In this document: one piece after another, positions 21,077 through 29,416 of the stretch
Position numbering within the stretch: position 1 is the stretch's first letter
Layout: each line of letters starts with the position of its first letter
NCBI GenBank assembly: GCA_900234795.1
Contig: LT962688.1
Coordinates: forward strand, 2,340,001 to 2,372,000
Source of the DNA: Methylorubrum extorquens
GTDB taxonomy: Bacteria > Pseudomonadota > Alphaproteobacteria > Rhizobiales > Beijerinckiaceae
Direction: 5' to 3'
DNA: 32,000 nucleotides
The notes under the pieces: model-generated
Databases searched by the model: none
What the model was told of the DNA's origin: nothing
What the model saw: only the letters and a program-made list of their open reading frames with translations
Made by a program: the position numbers and the translations under genes

Positions 21077-21369
21077 GAATATCCCCTGTCGGCCCGCCTC
21101 GTTGCGAACGAGCCGGCGCTAGACTTGCCGTCGGTCCCGGTTTTCGGCAATGCACGACCGTCCCAAATCGACAGAAACCTTTTCGCCGAGACCGCGCGCC
21201 CCGGAATTCGTGGCGACGGGACCTCCGCATTGTGTGACCGCCGGATGCCTCTCCGGTTCGACAAGTTTTCGTGAGAAAGCCACCGGATCATTTGTGAGGA
21301 AGACTTAACTCTTCCCATCGAATCCTCTGCGTCGATTCGGATTCGCTTCGTGAAAGGGCGGTCGCCACC

Positions 21370-22590
21370 ATGACGGTTACAGGACGCCGCGACCGGGTGC
21401 TGGCGGCGCTGACCGCGCTGAGCGGTGCCCTCCTCCTCGCCGTCCTTCTGGGACGGGGCGCGCTGCGCGATGCCGGCTTCAACTCGCACGGTGCGCTGGC
21501 CGACGCCTTCCTGCACGGCCGGCTCTGGGTCGAGCGATGCCCCGAGATCGATTGCGCCGTGTTCGAGGGGCGCACCTACATCATCTTCCCGCCGCTGCCG
21601 GCACTGCTGCTGACGCCGTTCGTCGCGCTGTTCGGCTTTCCCGGCTTCAAGGGCTTCGTGCTTCTCGGCCTGGGCCTGTCGGCCCTGGGCCTGCTCGCCT
21701 GGAGCCGCATCTTCCGCGCGCTGGAGGTCGAGCGCGGGCAGGCGTTGTGGCTGCTTGCCGCGCTCGCCTTCGCGAGCCCGCTCTATCAGGTCACGCTGCG
21801 CTCCGACGGCGTCTGGTTCTTCTCCCAGACCGTCGGCTTCCTGATGATGACATTGAGCCTGTGGGCGGTGATCTGCCGAAGTTCGCTGCCGCTCGCTGGA
21901 TTGTTCGTCGGCCTCGCCTTCCTGTGCCGGCAGATGGCGATCTTCTATCCGCTGTTCCTGCTGGTTCTGGCCCTGCCCCGCGGGCGCCCGCTGCTGGCGA
22001 ACCCGGCCTCGGTGGCGAAATCCGCGATGCTGGCGGGCCTGTTCGTCGCGGCCGCCATTGCCGTCTACTGCGCCTACAACGCCGCGCGCTTCGGAAGCCC
22101 GTTCGAGACCGGCTACGCCTTCATCCACAATCCCGGACAGGACAGCTTCATCTGGCGGCGCATCACCGAGGGCGGCCTGTTCTCGCGCGACTACCTGCTG
22201 TTCAACACGCTCTACCTGTTCCTGCAGGGGATCCATTTCGAGTTCGGCGGCCCCCGGCTGACCGAACTCGTCGGCTTCGACAAGGCCGGCACGGCACTCC
22301 TCGTGGCGAGCCCGTGGCTGCTGCTAGCCTTCTACGCGCGGCTCGACCGGGTCTTCGCCGCCGGGGCGGCAACCATCGCGGTCATCGCCGGGATCACCCT
22401 GTTCTACCACTCGAACGGCGCCGAGCAGATCGCGACCCAGCGCTACGCCCTCGACTGGCTGCCGATCCTGATCGTGCTGATGTTGCGCGGGGAACGCCCG
22501 CCGGCTTTCGCCGCCCTACCGATCCTCGTCACCTGGGGGGTCGTCGCCAACCTCGCCGTGGTGACGCTGCTGGCCCTCTACCGGCTCTGA
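21370..22590 (+). CDS. Polytopic inner-membrane protein, GT-C-fold-like glycosyltransferase candidate (ArnT/PMT/arabinosyltransferase-like), 406 aa
   Basis: About 10-11 predicted TM helices. The first extracytoplasmic loop carries acidic motifs (LRDAG, LADAF, EID) followed by GRTYIIFPPLPALLLTPF, a layout typical of lipid-carrier-dependent GT-C enzymes. High GC3 supports coding. The family assignment is by eye only. Confidence 0.6.
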   Translation: MTVTGRRDRVLAALTALSGALLLAVLLGRGALRDAGFNSHGALADAFLHGRLWVERCPEIDCAVFEGRTYIIFPPLPALLLTPFVALFGFPGFKGFVLLGLGLSALGLLAWSRIFRALEVERGQALWLLAALAFASPLYQVTLRSDGVWFFSQTVGFLMMTLSLWAVICRSSLPLAGLFVGLAFLCRQMAIFYPLFLLVLALPRGRPLLANPASVAKSAMLAGLFVAAAIAVYCAYNAARFGSPFETGYAFIHNPGQDSFIWRRITEGGLFSRDYLLFNTLYLFLQGIHFEFGGPRLTELVGFDKAGTALLVASPWLLLAFYARLDRVFAAGAATIAVIAGITLFYHSNGAEQIATQRYALDWLPILIVLMLRGERPPAFAALPILVTWGVVANLAVVTLLALYRL

Positions 22591-23003
22591 GGCTGAGGCC
22601 GCAGAGTTGCGCCGAAGGTGAGAAGCCGGTGGCCGAGATAGTTCGCCACGGCGCCGACGGCGATGCCGACGCCGTGGCCGAGGGCTTGCGCCACGGCCGG
22701 CTTCAGATCCGGCAGCAGTCCGGTCAGGCCGTCGATCATCAGCGTGCTGACCGCGAGGACCACCGCGGCGCCGATGGCGTTGACCGCAAGGAACAGGGCG
22801 AGCTGCCCGGAGAGCGACCCGTGCGAGGCCGCCCGGAACACGAAGGCGCGGTAGAGCCAGAAGCCGGCGGCCATGCCGATGCCATAGGCCACGATCAGGG
22901 CTGCCTCGAACGGCAGCACCAACGAGAGCAGGATCCGCGCGAGCCAGTTGATCGCCGCCGCCGAGCCCCCGGCGATCAGGAAGCGGACGACCTCGCTTCG
23001 CAT
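22578..23003 (-). CDS. GtrA-family membrane protein (lipid-linked sugar translocation/handling family)
   Basis: Start moved to ATG 23003 (MRSEVVRFLIAGGSAAAINWLARILL...ANYLGHRLLTFG, 141 aa, 4 TM helices). Its ATG overlaps the stop of the upstream HAD-UbiA gene (ATGA). Its 3' end overlaps the convergent GT-C gene by 13 nt. Confidence 0.8.
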   Translation of the reverse strand: MRSEVVRFLIAGGSAAAINWLARILLSLVLPFEAALIVAYGIGMAAGFWLYRAFVFRAASHGSLSGQLALFLAVNAIGAAVVLAVSTLMIDGLTGLLPDLKPAVAQALGHGVGIAVGAVANYLGHRLLTFGATLRPQPQSR

Positions 23004-24529
23004 CACAGCCCGAACCCTTGTGGCAGGAGACCGGGCGGCAGGCCGAATGCCGCCACCGCGAAGGCGAGGCCGGCCACACCCGCGAGCACGAGGCTCGGGC
23101 GGTCCCTGACCGCGAAGGCGACCGGGTCGTCGTGGAGCGCGTCGCGGCCCGCCAGCAGCCAGACCCGGCCCATGAACAGGACGAGGATCAGCGGGAAGCT
23201 CCACAGGGCCAGCGGCGCGGCGAGCGCCGCGTGGCGGAACGCCTCGTTGGCGAGATACAGGATGAAGATAACGACGCTAGCGAGCCCCGAGGCGATGCCG
23301 AAGGCGAGCACCACCGGCTCGTCCGCCGGCTCATAGCCGCGCCCGGCGATGGTGCCGGCCTGGCCCCGTCGCGCCGCCCCGCGCAGCTCCGTGTGGCGCT
23401 TGGCGAAGGACAGCGAGGTGAACAGGAACATCGAGAAGGTCAGGAGCCAGGGCGACCACGCCACCGCGACCGCCGCGACGCCGACCGCGATGCGCAGCGA
23501 GAACAGGCTCCCGAGCGTCAGCGCGTCGAGCATCGGCACCCGCTTGAGCCACGCGGAGTAGGCCAGCGTCAGGGCGAGATAGGCGAGCACGCCGGTGAGC
23601 ACCGCCGCCCCGGCCCAGGCCGCAACCGCCAGCCCGCCCGCGAGGCCGAGCACGATCGCCGCCAGACCGGTGGCGATGGGAAGCCGGCCGCTCGCCAGGG
23701 GGCGCTCGCGCTTCGACCAGTGCGCCCGATCGTGCGAGAGGTCGAGCAGGTCGTTCAGGAGGTAGCTCGCCGAGGCGACGAGTCCGAGCGCGAGAAAGGC
23801 CAGACCGGCGCTCCCCCAGGCTTGCGCGTCCCCTGCCCGGCCGCCGAGGACGAGCGGCACGAAGACCAGGGCATTCTTGGCCCATTGGTGCAGGCGCAGG
23901 GCCTTGAGCAATGCGTGCGAACGCGAGGCGGCAGGAAACTCCTCGACCGGCTTGCCGAGCCGCCGGGCCGCGCGGAGCACGGAACCGGAGGCTCCGACGA
24001 CGATCACCCGCCGGGCCGCGGCCCAGACCGGAAGGTCGGCCGCGGCATCGCCCGCGTAATCGAAGCCCTGCGGGTAGAGCGCCCGGAGCTGCGCGGCCTT
24101 GGTCTCCCCTTTGAGGTTGCGCACCCCGTCGCTCGCCACCACACGGTCGAAGACGGGAAAACGCCGCAGGGCGCGCAGGGCCATCAGCTCGTCGGCGGCC
24201 GTGGCAAGCACGATCTCCTGGCCCGCCGCCTTCCGTGCCTCGATATGGGCGAGCAAAGCCGCGTTGGCCGGCAGAGTCGCGACGTCGAGCACGGCGCCCT
24301 CCGCGATGCGGCGCTTGAAGAAGGCCCGCCCCCGCGGCAGCCACAGCAGCATCACCAGCAGCATCAGCGGGTTGCGCCGCAGCAGCGCAATGATCCCCTC
24401 TAGAAGCAGGTCCGTGCGCAGCAGCGTGCCGTCGAGGTCGATCACCAGCGGCACCGGCCGCAACGCCGAGGCCGCGTCCTCGATCAGGATGGGGGCCGTC
24501 TCCGCCCTTCGCGCATGCGCCGTCGCCAT
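23003..24529 (-). CDS. Fusion protein: N-terminal HAD-superfamily phosphatase plus C-terminal UbiA-family prenyltransferase (decaprenyl-phosphate phosphoribosyltransferase-like)
   Basis: HAD motif I DLDGT (aa 31-35) and motif IV GDAAAD (aa 160-165). UbiA Asp-rich motif NDLLDLSHD (aa 259-267) followed by RPLASGRL. About 8 TM helices in the C-terminal 300 aa. Confidence 0.8.
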   Translation of the reverse strand: MATAHARRAETAPILIEDAASALRPVPLVIDLDGTLLRTDLLLEGIIALLRRNPLMLLVMLLWLPRGRAFFKRRIAEGAVLDVATLPANAALLAHIEARKAAGQEIVLATAADELMALRALRRFPVFDRVVASDGVRNLKGETKAAQLRALYPQGFDYAGDAAADLPVWAAARRVIVVGASGSVLRAARRLGKPVEEFPAASRSHALLKALRLHQWAKNALVFVPLVLGGRAGDAQAWGSAGLAFLALGLVASASYLLNDLLDLSHDRAHWSKRERPLASGRLPIATGLAAIVLGLAGGLAVAAWAGAAVLTGVLAYLALTLAYSAWLKRVPMLDALTLGSLFSLRIAVGVAAVAVAWSPWLLTFSMFLFTSLSFAKRHTELRGAARRGQAGTIAGRGYEPADEPVVLAFGIASGLASVVIFILYLANEAFRHAALAAPLALWSFPLILVLFMGRVWLLAGRDALHDDPVAFAVRDRPSLVLAGVAGLAFAVAAFGLPPGLLPQGFGL

Positions 24530-24841
24530 GCTGGATAACCCCCGTTTCCAGTGCGGGACCGATGGTCGAAGGCCCGCAAACTTGCGTTCGACAGTCTATC
24601 GCCGGGACAGACTTCGGTCCGGTTAATAAGGGGCACCGCAGGTTGTGGCGGCGGTACTTCCGCCTGATTTGATTGATCAAACCTTCCCGGGCTAACCGAA
24701 AGGCGAAGCTTCTATGGGCCGGAACATGCGCCCCGGTCGCGCACCCGCCGCGCCCCGTGCCGCTTGTGGAGCCCGCGGCACTTGGGCTAACCCTCCGGCC
24801 CGCCCCGAACATTCGTGAACTCGCCCCGGAACGACAGTCGC

Positions 24842-25364
24842 ATGGTCTCCCAACGCCGGGACGCGGACGCGCCCAAGGACAGCCCCAAAAGCATCCTCGA
24901 AAGCCTCGCCGGCACCCGCGTGCTCGTGGTCGAGGCGCGCTACTACGACGACATCGCCGACGAATTGCTGGCCGGTGCCCGCGCGGCGATCGAGGCGGTC
25001 GGCGCCGAGGCGCGGGTCTTCACGGTGCCGGGCGCCCTCGAGATCCCGGCCGCCATCGCGATCCTGATGGATGCCGGCCGCAAGGCCGGCGGTCCTTTAC
25101 GATGCGGCGGTGGCGCTCGGCTGCGTCATCCGCGGCGAGACCGGCCATTACGACATCGTCGCCGGCGAGAGCGCCCGCGCGCTGATGGACCTTTCCGTGG
25201 CTGAGCACCTGCCGCTCGGCAACGGCATCCTCACCGTGGAGACCATGGAGCAGGCGCTCGCTCGCGCCCGGGTCTCCGACATGAACAAGGGCGGCGGTGC
25301 AGCGGAGGCGGCCCTGAGCCTCCTCGCCATCAAGCGCGCCGCCAACCTGGAACCCGCCCGATGA
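24842..25364 (+). pseudogene. ribH: 6,7-dimethyl-8-ribityllumazine synthase; frame broken by +1 nt in a TTT run
   Basis: Frame A gives ...[58 protein letters not shown]. Frame B gives [34 protein letters not shown]...GNGILTVET. They join at CCTTTAC (T-run 25096-25098). Length is 523 nt, that is 174 codons plus 1. Alternative GTG start at 24815. Confidence 0.88.
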
Positions 25365-25878
25365 CAGACCCCGCCGCGACACCGGCCCAGCCGAAGCCGA
25401 ACGCCCGCACCGGCGCCCGCCTCGCCGTGGTGCAGGCGCTCTACGAGATGGAGATCTCGGACAAGGGCGTGATAGAGGCGCTCGCCGAGTTCGAGGCCTT
25501 CTGGATCGGTCAGGAGGTCGATGGCGTCGTCCACCCGCCGGCCGAGATCGCGTTCTTCCGCGATGTGCTCCGCGGTGCTGTGGAGGAACAGCGCGCCATC
25601 GACCCGAAGCTCGATACGGCGCTGGCGAAGGGCTGGCCGCTGCGCCGGCTGGAAGCGGTGCTGCGCGCCATCCTGCGGGCGGGCGCCTATGAGCTGATGT
25701 TCCGCCGCGACGTGCCGGCCCGCGCCGCGATCTCGCAATATATGTCGAGGTCGCCTACAGCTTCTATGGCGGCGACGAGCCGGGCATGGTCAACGCCGTG
25801 CTCGACCGGGTCGGCCGCGAGGTGCGCTCCACCGAGTTCGGTATCCCGGCCGCTCCCGGCCCGGCGAAGAAGGGCTGA
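25361..25878 (+). pseudogene. nusB: Transcription antitermination factor NusB; frame broken by +2 nt in TATAT
   Basis: The ATG overlaps the ribH stop (ATGA). ARLAVVQALYEMEI...LRAILRAGAYELMFRRDVPARAAISQY is in frame 2. VEVAYSFYGGDEPGMVNAVLDRVGREV...PAKKG-stop (TGA 25876-25878) is in frame 1. The junction is CAATATATGTCGAG (25739-25743). Length is 518 nt, that is 172 codons plus 2. Confidence 0.88.
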
Positions 25879-25883
25879 CCGGA

Positions 25884-26862
25884 ATGGCGCGCGCGGGCGA
25901 GGAGGCGCTGATCGCGCGCTACTTCGCGCCGCTCAGCGGCCCCGGCGCCGAGGGCCTGCGCGATGACGCCGCGAGCCTGACGCCGACGCCCGGCCACGAC
26001 CTCGTGGTGACCGCCGACGCCATCGTCGCCGGCATTCACTACTTCCCCGACGACCCGCCCGTCTCCATTGCCAGCAAGGCGCTCGGCGTGAACCTGTCGG
26101 ATCTCGCCGCCAAGGGCGCCACTCCGCGCGGCTTCCTCCTGACTCTCGCACTGCCGGACGACTGGACCGAAGCGTGGCTCGGGGGCTTCGCCGAGGGTCT
26201 CGGCGCGGCGAGCCGCGCCCATGGCTGCCCGCTGCTGGGCGGTGACACCGTGCGCTCCGGCGGCCCGGCTCTGATCGGCGTGACCGCCTTCGGCGAGGTG
26301 CCGGCGGGCGCGATCCTGCGGCGGCAGGCGGCGCAAGCCGGCGACCGGCTCTGCGTCAGCGGCACCATCGGCGACTCGGCTCTGGGCCTGGCCCTGCGGC
26401 TCGCGCCCGATCCCGCGCTGGCGCCCCCTCCACCGCGATGCGCTCCTCGATCGCTATCTTCACCCGCGCCCGCGGCTGGCGCTCGCCCCCGTGCTGCGTC
26501 GCCACGCCCGCGCGGCCATGGACGTCTCGGACGGATTGGCGGGCGATCTGACGAAGATGTTCGCCGGCACCGGCCTGACCGCCCGGGTCGAGGTTCCGGC
26601 GGTGCCGCTCTCCCCAGCCGCGCAGGCGGCCATCTCCGGCGATGCGAGCCGGCTCGATACGGCTCTCACCGGTGGGGACGATTACGAGATCCTCTGCGCG
26701 GTGCCGCCCGGTTCCGTGGGCGCGTTCCTGGCCGAGGCCTGGGCCGCCGGGGTGCCCGTTGCCGAGATCGGCACCGTGGAAGCCGGTGACGGCCCGCCTC
26801 GCTTTCACGACGCGCATGGGCGCGAGATGGGCTTTGCCCGCGCCTCGTTCAGCCACTTCTGA
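25884..26862 (+). pseudogene. thiL: Thiamine-monophosphate kinase; frame broken by +1 nt in a C5 run
   Basis: N-terminal part: GEEALIARYFAPL...DDAA...DLVVTADAIVAGIHYF...ALGVNLSDLAAKGA...LLGGDT. C-terminal part in the next frame: LHRDALLDRYLHPRPRLALAPVLRRHARAAMDVSDGLAGDL...LTGGDDYEILCAV. The junction is CCCCC at 26424-26428. Length is 979 nt, that is 326 codons plus 1. Confidence 0.88.
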
Positions 26863-26903
26863 AGCGTCCTCTCCGCTTGGCGGCCTGAAGCCTGATCGCT
26901 GCC

Positions 26904-26938
26904 AAAAAACGCCCGATCACGGCGTCGCAGCGGGCGTT
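26904..26938 (-). terminator. Rho-independent terminator of the SDR gene
   Basis: On the minus strand: AACGCCCG-15-nt loop-CGGGCGTT followed by TTTTTT (A-run 26904-26909 on plus). It lies 38 nt after the corrected SDR stop (26976-26978), but inside the uncorrected frameshifted ORF, which runs to 26917. Confidence 0.75.
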
Positions 26939-26975
26939 CCGTGACGGACACCCCGGCGGCCGATGGCAAGCCGGG

Positions 26976-27822
26976 TCAGGCCTCGATTCCGGTCTGGCGC
27001 CGGCTCAGGGTCCAGACCCGCTCCTGCAACGCCTCGTCCCGGCTGAGGGCGGACGAGGCGGTCTCGCGGCTTTTTGGCGAAGTAGCGTCCGCTCACGCCG
27101 TCGAGTTCGGGCGCGGTCGCGACATGGAGCGAGGTCCTGGCGCCAGCCTCGGTCGAGATCAGGAACGGGCGGATCAGGCTCCAGGCGAAGCCGAGCCCGC
27201 CCCTGGTATTCTTGGCGAAGTCGCTCGCCACGACACCCGGATGCACCGCGTTGACGGTGATGCCGCGTCCGGCCAGCCGCCGGGCGAGCGCATAGGTGAA
27301 CAGCACGTTGCCGAGTTTGGCCTGGGCATAGGCCTTCATCGCCGCGTAGCGGCGCTCGCCGCCGAGATCGTCGAAGTCGATGCGCCCGCGGGTATGGGCG
27401 GCGGAGGCGAGGTTGACGATGCGGGCACGGGGCGCGGCTTCGAGCGGGCGACGCAGCTCGTGCGTCAGCAGCACGTAGGCGAGATGGTCGAGGGCCCAGG
27501 TCCGCTCGATTCCGTCGGCCGTGACGTGGCGCTCCGAGAAGATCGCGCCGGCATTGTTCACGAGGAGGTCGAGGGCGGGGTAGCGCGCCCTCACCTCGCC
27601 CGCGAGCCGGCGGATCTCGGCTTGGCTCGACAGGTCGGCGAGAAAGACGTCCGCCGCGCCGCCGGTCTCCCGGCGCAGATGCGCGGCGGCGCGTTCCGTG
27701 CGCTCGCGATCGCGCCCGACGAGGCCGACCCGCGCCCCGAGGCGGGCGAGCCCGAGGGCCGTCTCGGCACCGATCCCGGAGGAGGCGCCGGTGACGAGGG
27801 CGGTGCGACCGTCGAGGCGCAC
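26976..27822 (-). pseudogene. Short-chain dehydrogenase/reductase (classical SDR, retinol-dehydrogenase-like); frame broken by +1 nt in an A5 run (T5 on plus)
   Basis: GTG 27822. TALVTGASSGIG (TGxxxGxG), NNAG, and YAQAKLGNVLF (YxxxK). After ...SGRYFAK the track ORF turns into Pro/Arg-rich nonsense. Removing one A at 27071-27075 gives SRETASSALSRDEALQERVWTLSRRQTGIEA-stop. Length is 847 nt, that is 282 codons plus 1. Confidence 0.85.
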
Positions 27823-27837
27823 GGTTGGAGCCCGCGG

Positions 27838-28017
27838 CTAGAACACCACCTGACCGACGGCCAGCGCGATCACCACGATGACGATGGCGACCACCAGGAA
27901 CAGGCCGAACAGGATGCGGGCGATCGAACTCGCGCCGGAGGCGATGCCGGTGAAGCCGAGGCCGCCGGCAACGAGCGAGATAACGAAGGCGATAGCGGCC
28001 CACTTGAGAAGCGTCAT
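27838..28017 (-). CDS. DUF1328 (UPF0391) small membrane protein, 59 aa; absent from the supplied ORF track because it is under 60 aa
   Basis: ATG 28017 with GGAG about 9 nt upstream. The translation [59 protein letters not shown] has the family-typical GFTGIA core and two TM helices. TAG at 27838-27840. Confidence 0.75.
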   Translation of the reverse strand: MTLLKWAAIAFVISLVAGGLGFTGIASGASSIARILFGLFLVVAIVIVVIALAVGQVVF

Positions 28018-28090
28018 GGCAGTTCACTCCGAAACAAAAGCGGAGCAGTAACGGCCAACGACCCGGCGGCGTTCCGTCGCGGTCTGCGCT

Positions 28091-29416
28091 TTACGCGCTT
28101 CGTTCTCCGGCCGCCCGCCGCACCAGCACCTCCGCCAAGGTGTGATAGAGGCCGCCGCGGCAGATCAGCTTCGAGACCGCATCCGCGACCAGCGCCGCGA
28201 GCATCAGCGGAATCATCATCGCGTGGTTCTGGGTCATCTCGGTGACGATGACGAAGGAGGTGATTGGCGCCTGGAGCACACCGGTGAGGTAGGCGGTCAT
28301 GCCGATCAGCACCAGCGCGCCGACCGGCACGTCCGGCAGGAACAGGCTCGCCTCCGCCCCCAGCCCGGCGCCAACGGCCAGCGACGGCGCGAACAGGCCG
28401 CCGGGGATGCCGCTGATCGAGGACAGGACGGTCGCCAGGAACTTGAGCGGGGCGAAATCCCAGCGCGGGTCGTTGCCGGCGTGCAGGAGCGCCCGCGCTT
28501 CCTCGTAGCCGGTGCCGTAGACGGTGCCGCCGGAGGCGAGCCCGCACAGGGCGACGCCGAGCCCGCACAAGCCGGCGAACAGGACGGGACGGCGCCCGAT
28601 CATCCCGCCCACCTGTCCCGGCAGGCCGCGGGCGAAGGCGATGACGATACGGCTGAACAGCCCGCCGGCAAGGCCGCCCGCCACGCCGAGCAGCGGCACC
28701 GCGAGCCAGCCGGCGGCCAGCGAGAGCCGCGCGTCCGACGTGCCGAAATAGGTGTAGTCGCCGAGGATCGCCAGCGAGGTCAGGCCGGCGGCAATGATGG
28801 TGGCGACGATCAGTGCGCTGCCGCGGCTGTCATAGGCCCGGCCGAGTTCCTCGATGCCGAAGACGATGCCGGCCAGCGGCGTGTTGAAGGCCGCCGCCAC
28901 CCCCGCCGCGCCGCCCGCGAGCAGCAGGCCGCGCATCCGCTTCGGGCTCAAAGTCCCGAAGGAGGCCATGATCGCCGCGCCGACCTGCACGGTCGGCCCT
29001 TCGCGGCCGATCGAGGCGCCGCACAGCAGCCCGAGGCACATCACGACGATCTTGCCCGCGGCGACCTTGAGCGAGACCAGCGCACGGCGCGCCGGCCCGG
29101 CATCCAGGGCGCGCGCGGCGATCACCTGCGGGATGCCCGAGCCCTGGGCATTCGGGAAGACGGTGCGGGCGAGCCATGCGGCGAGCGCGAAGCCGGCCGG
29201 ACACAGCAGAAGCGCCAGGGCCGGCGAGGCGTGGAGCCCGTGCCGGAAGAGTTCCTGCGCCGCATCGGCCGCCTTGGCCATCAGCACGGCCGCCAAGCCG
29301 ACGCAGACGCCGCCCACCAGGAACAGGCTCCGCCTGCGCCAGGTCGTCCACGCATCGCCGGAGGCACCGCGCAGCCGCGACAGGGCGGGTCTCAGGTCCG
29401 TGGGTCTCAGCGGCAT
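28091..29416 (-). CDS. ClC-family voltage-gated chloride channel / Cl-/H+ antiporter
   Basis: 441 aa. Canonical selectivity motifs GSGIPQV, GREGPTVQ and GIPGGLFAPSL. Confidence 0.92.
   Translation of the reverse strand: MPLRPTDLRPALSRLRGASGDAWTTWRRRSLFLVGGVCVGLAAVLMAKAADAAQELFRHGLHASPALALLLCPAGFALAAWLARTVFPNAQGSGIPQVIAARALDAGPARRALVSLKVAAGKIVVMCLGLLCGASIGREGPTVQVGAAIMASFGTLSPKRMRGLLLAGGAAGVAAAFNTPLAGIVFGIEELGRAYDSRGSALIVATIIAAGLTSLAILGDYTYFGTSDARLSLAAGWLAVPLLGVAGGLAGGLFSRIVIAFARGLPGQVGGMIGRRPVLFAGLCGLGVALCGLASGGTVYGTGYEEARALLHAGNDPRWDFAPLKFLATVLSSISGIPGGLFAPSLAVGAGLGAEASLFLPDVPVGALVLIGMTAYLTGVLQAPITSFVIVTEMTQNHAMMIPLMLAALVADAVSKLICRGGLYHTLAEVLVRRAAGERSA

Noticed and set aside
24707-24818. 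A 33-codon ORF (MGRNMRPGRAPAAPRAACGARGTWANPPARPEHS) ending at a TGA that overlaps the alternative GTG start of ribH; considered as a possible leader peptide.
   Set aside because: It has a weak SD and Arg/Pro/Ala-rich composition typical of random GC-rich frames, with no regulatory codon pattern.
24530-24841. An FMN (RFN) riboswitch upstream of ribH. The region 18152-18216 / 18775 upstream of ribD was also checked.
   Set aside because: Neither strand contains the conserved RFN core (GGGGCAGGGTGAAATTCCC...CCGGCGGT...GTCCGGATG). The region has only small hairpins, a TTGATCAA palindrome and a duplicated 9-mer GGGCTAACC.
20542-24841. Mobile-element hallmarks around the four-gene insertion: direct repeats, inverted repeats, an integrase or transposase, or a tRNA target.
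   Set aside because: None was found by eye. Codon usage of three of the four genes resembles the host, so any acquisition is old, or the block is a lineage-specific rearrangement rather than a recent island.
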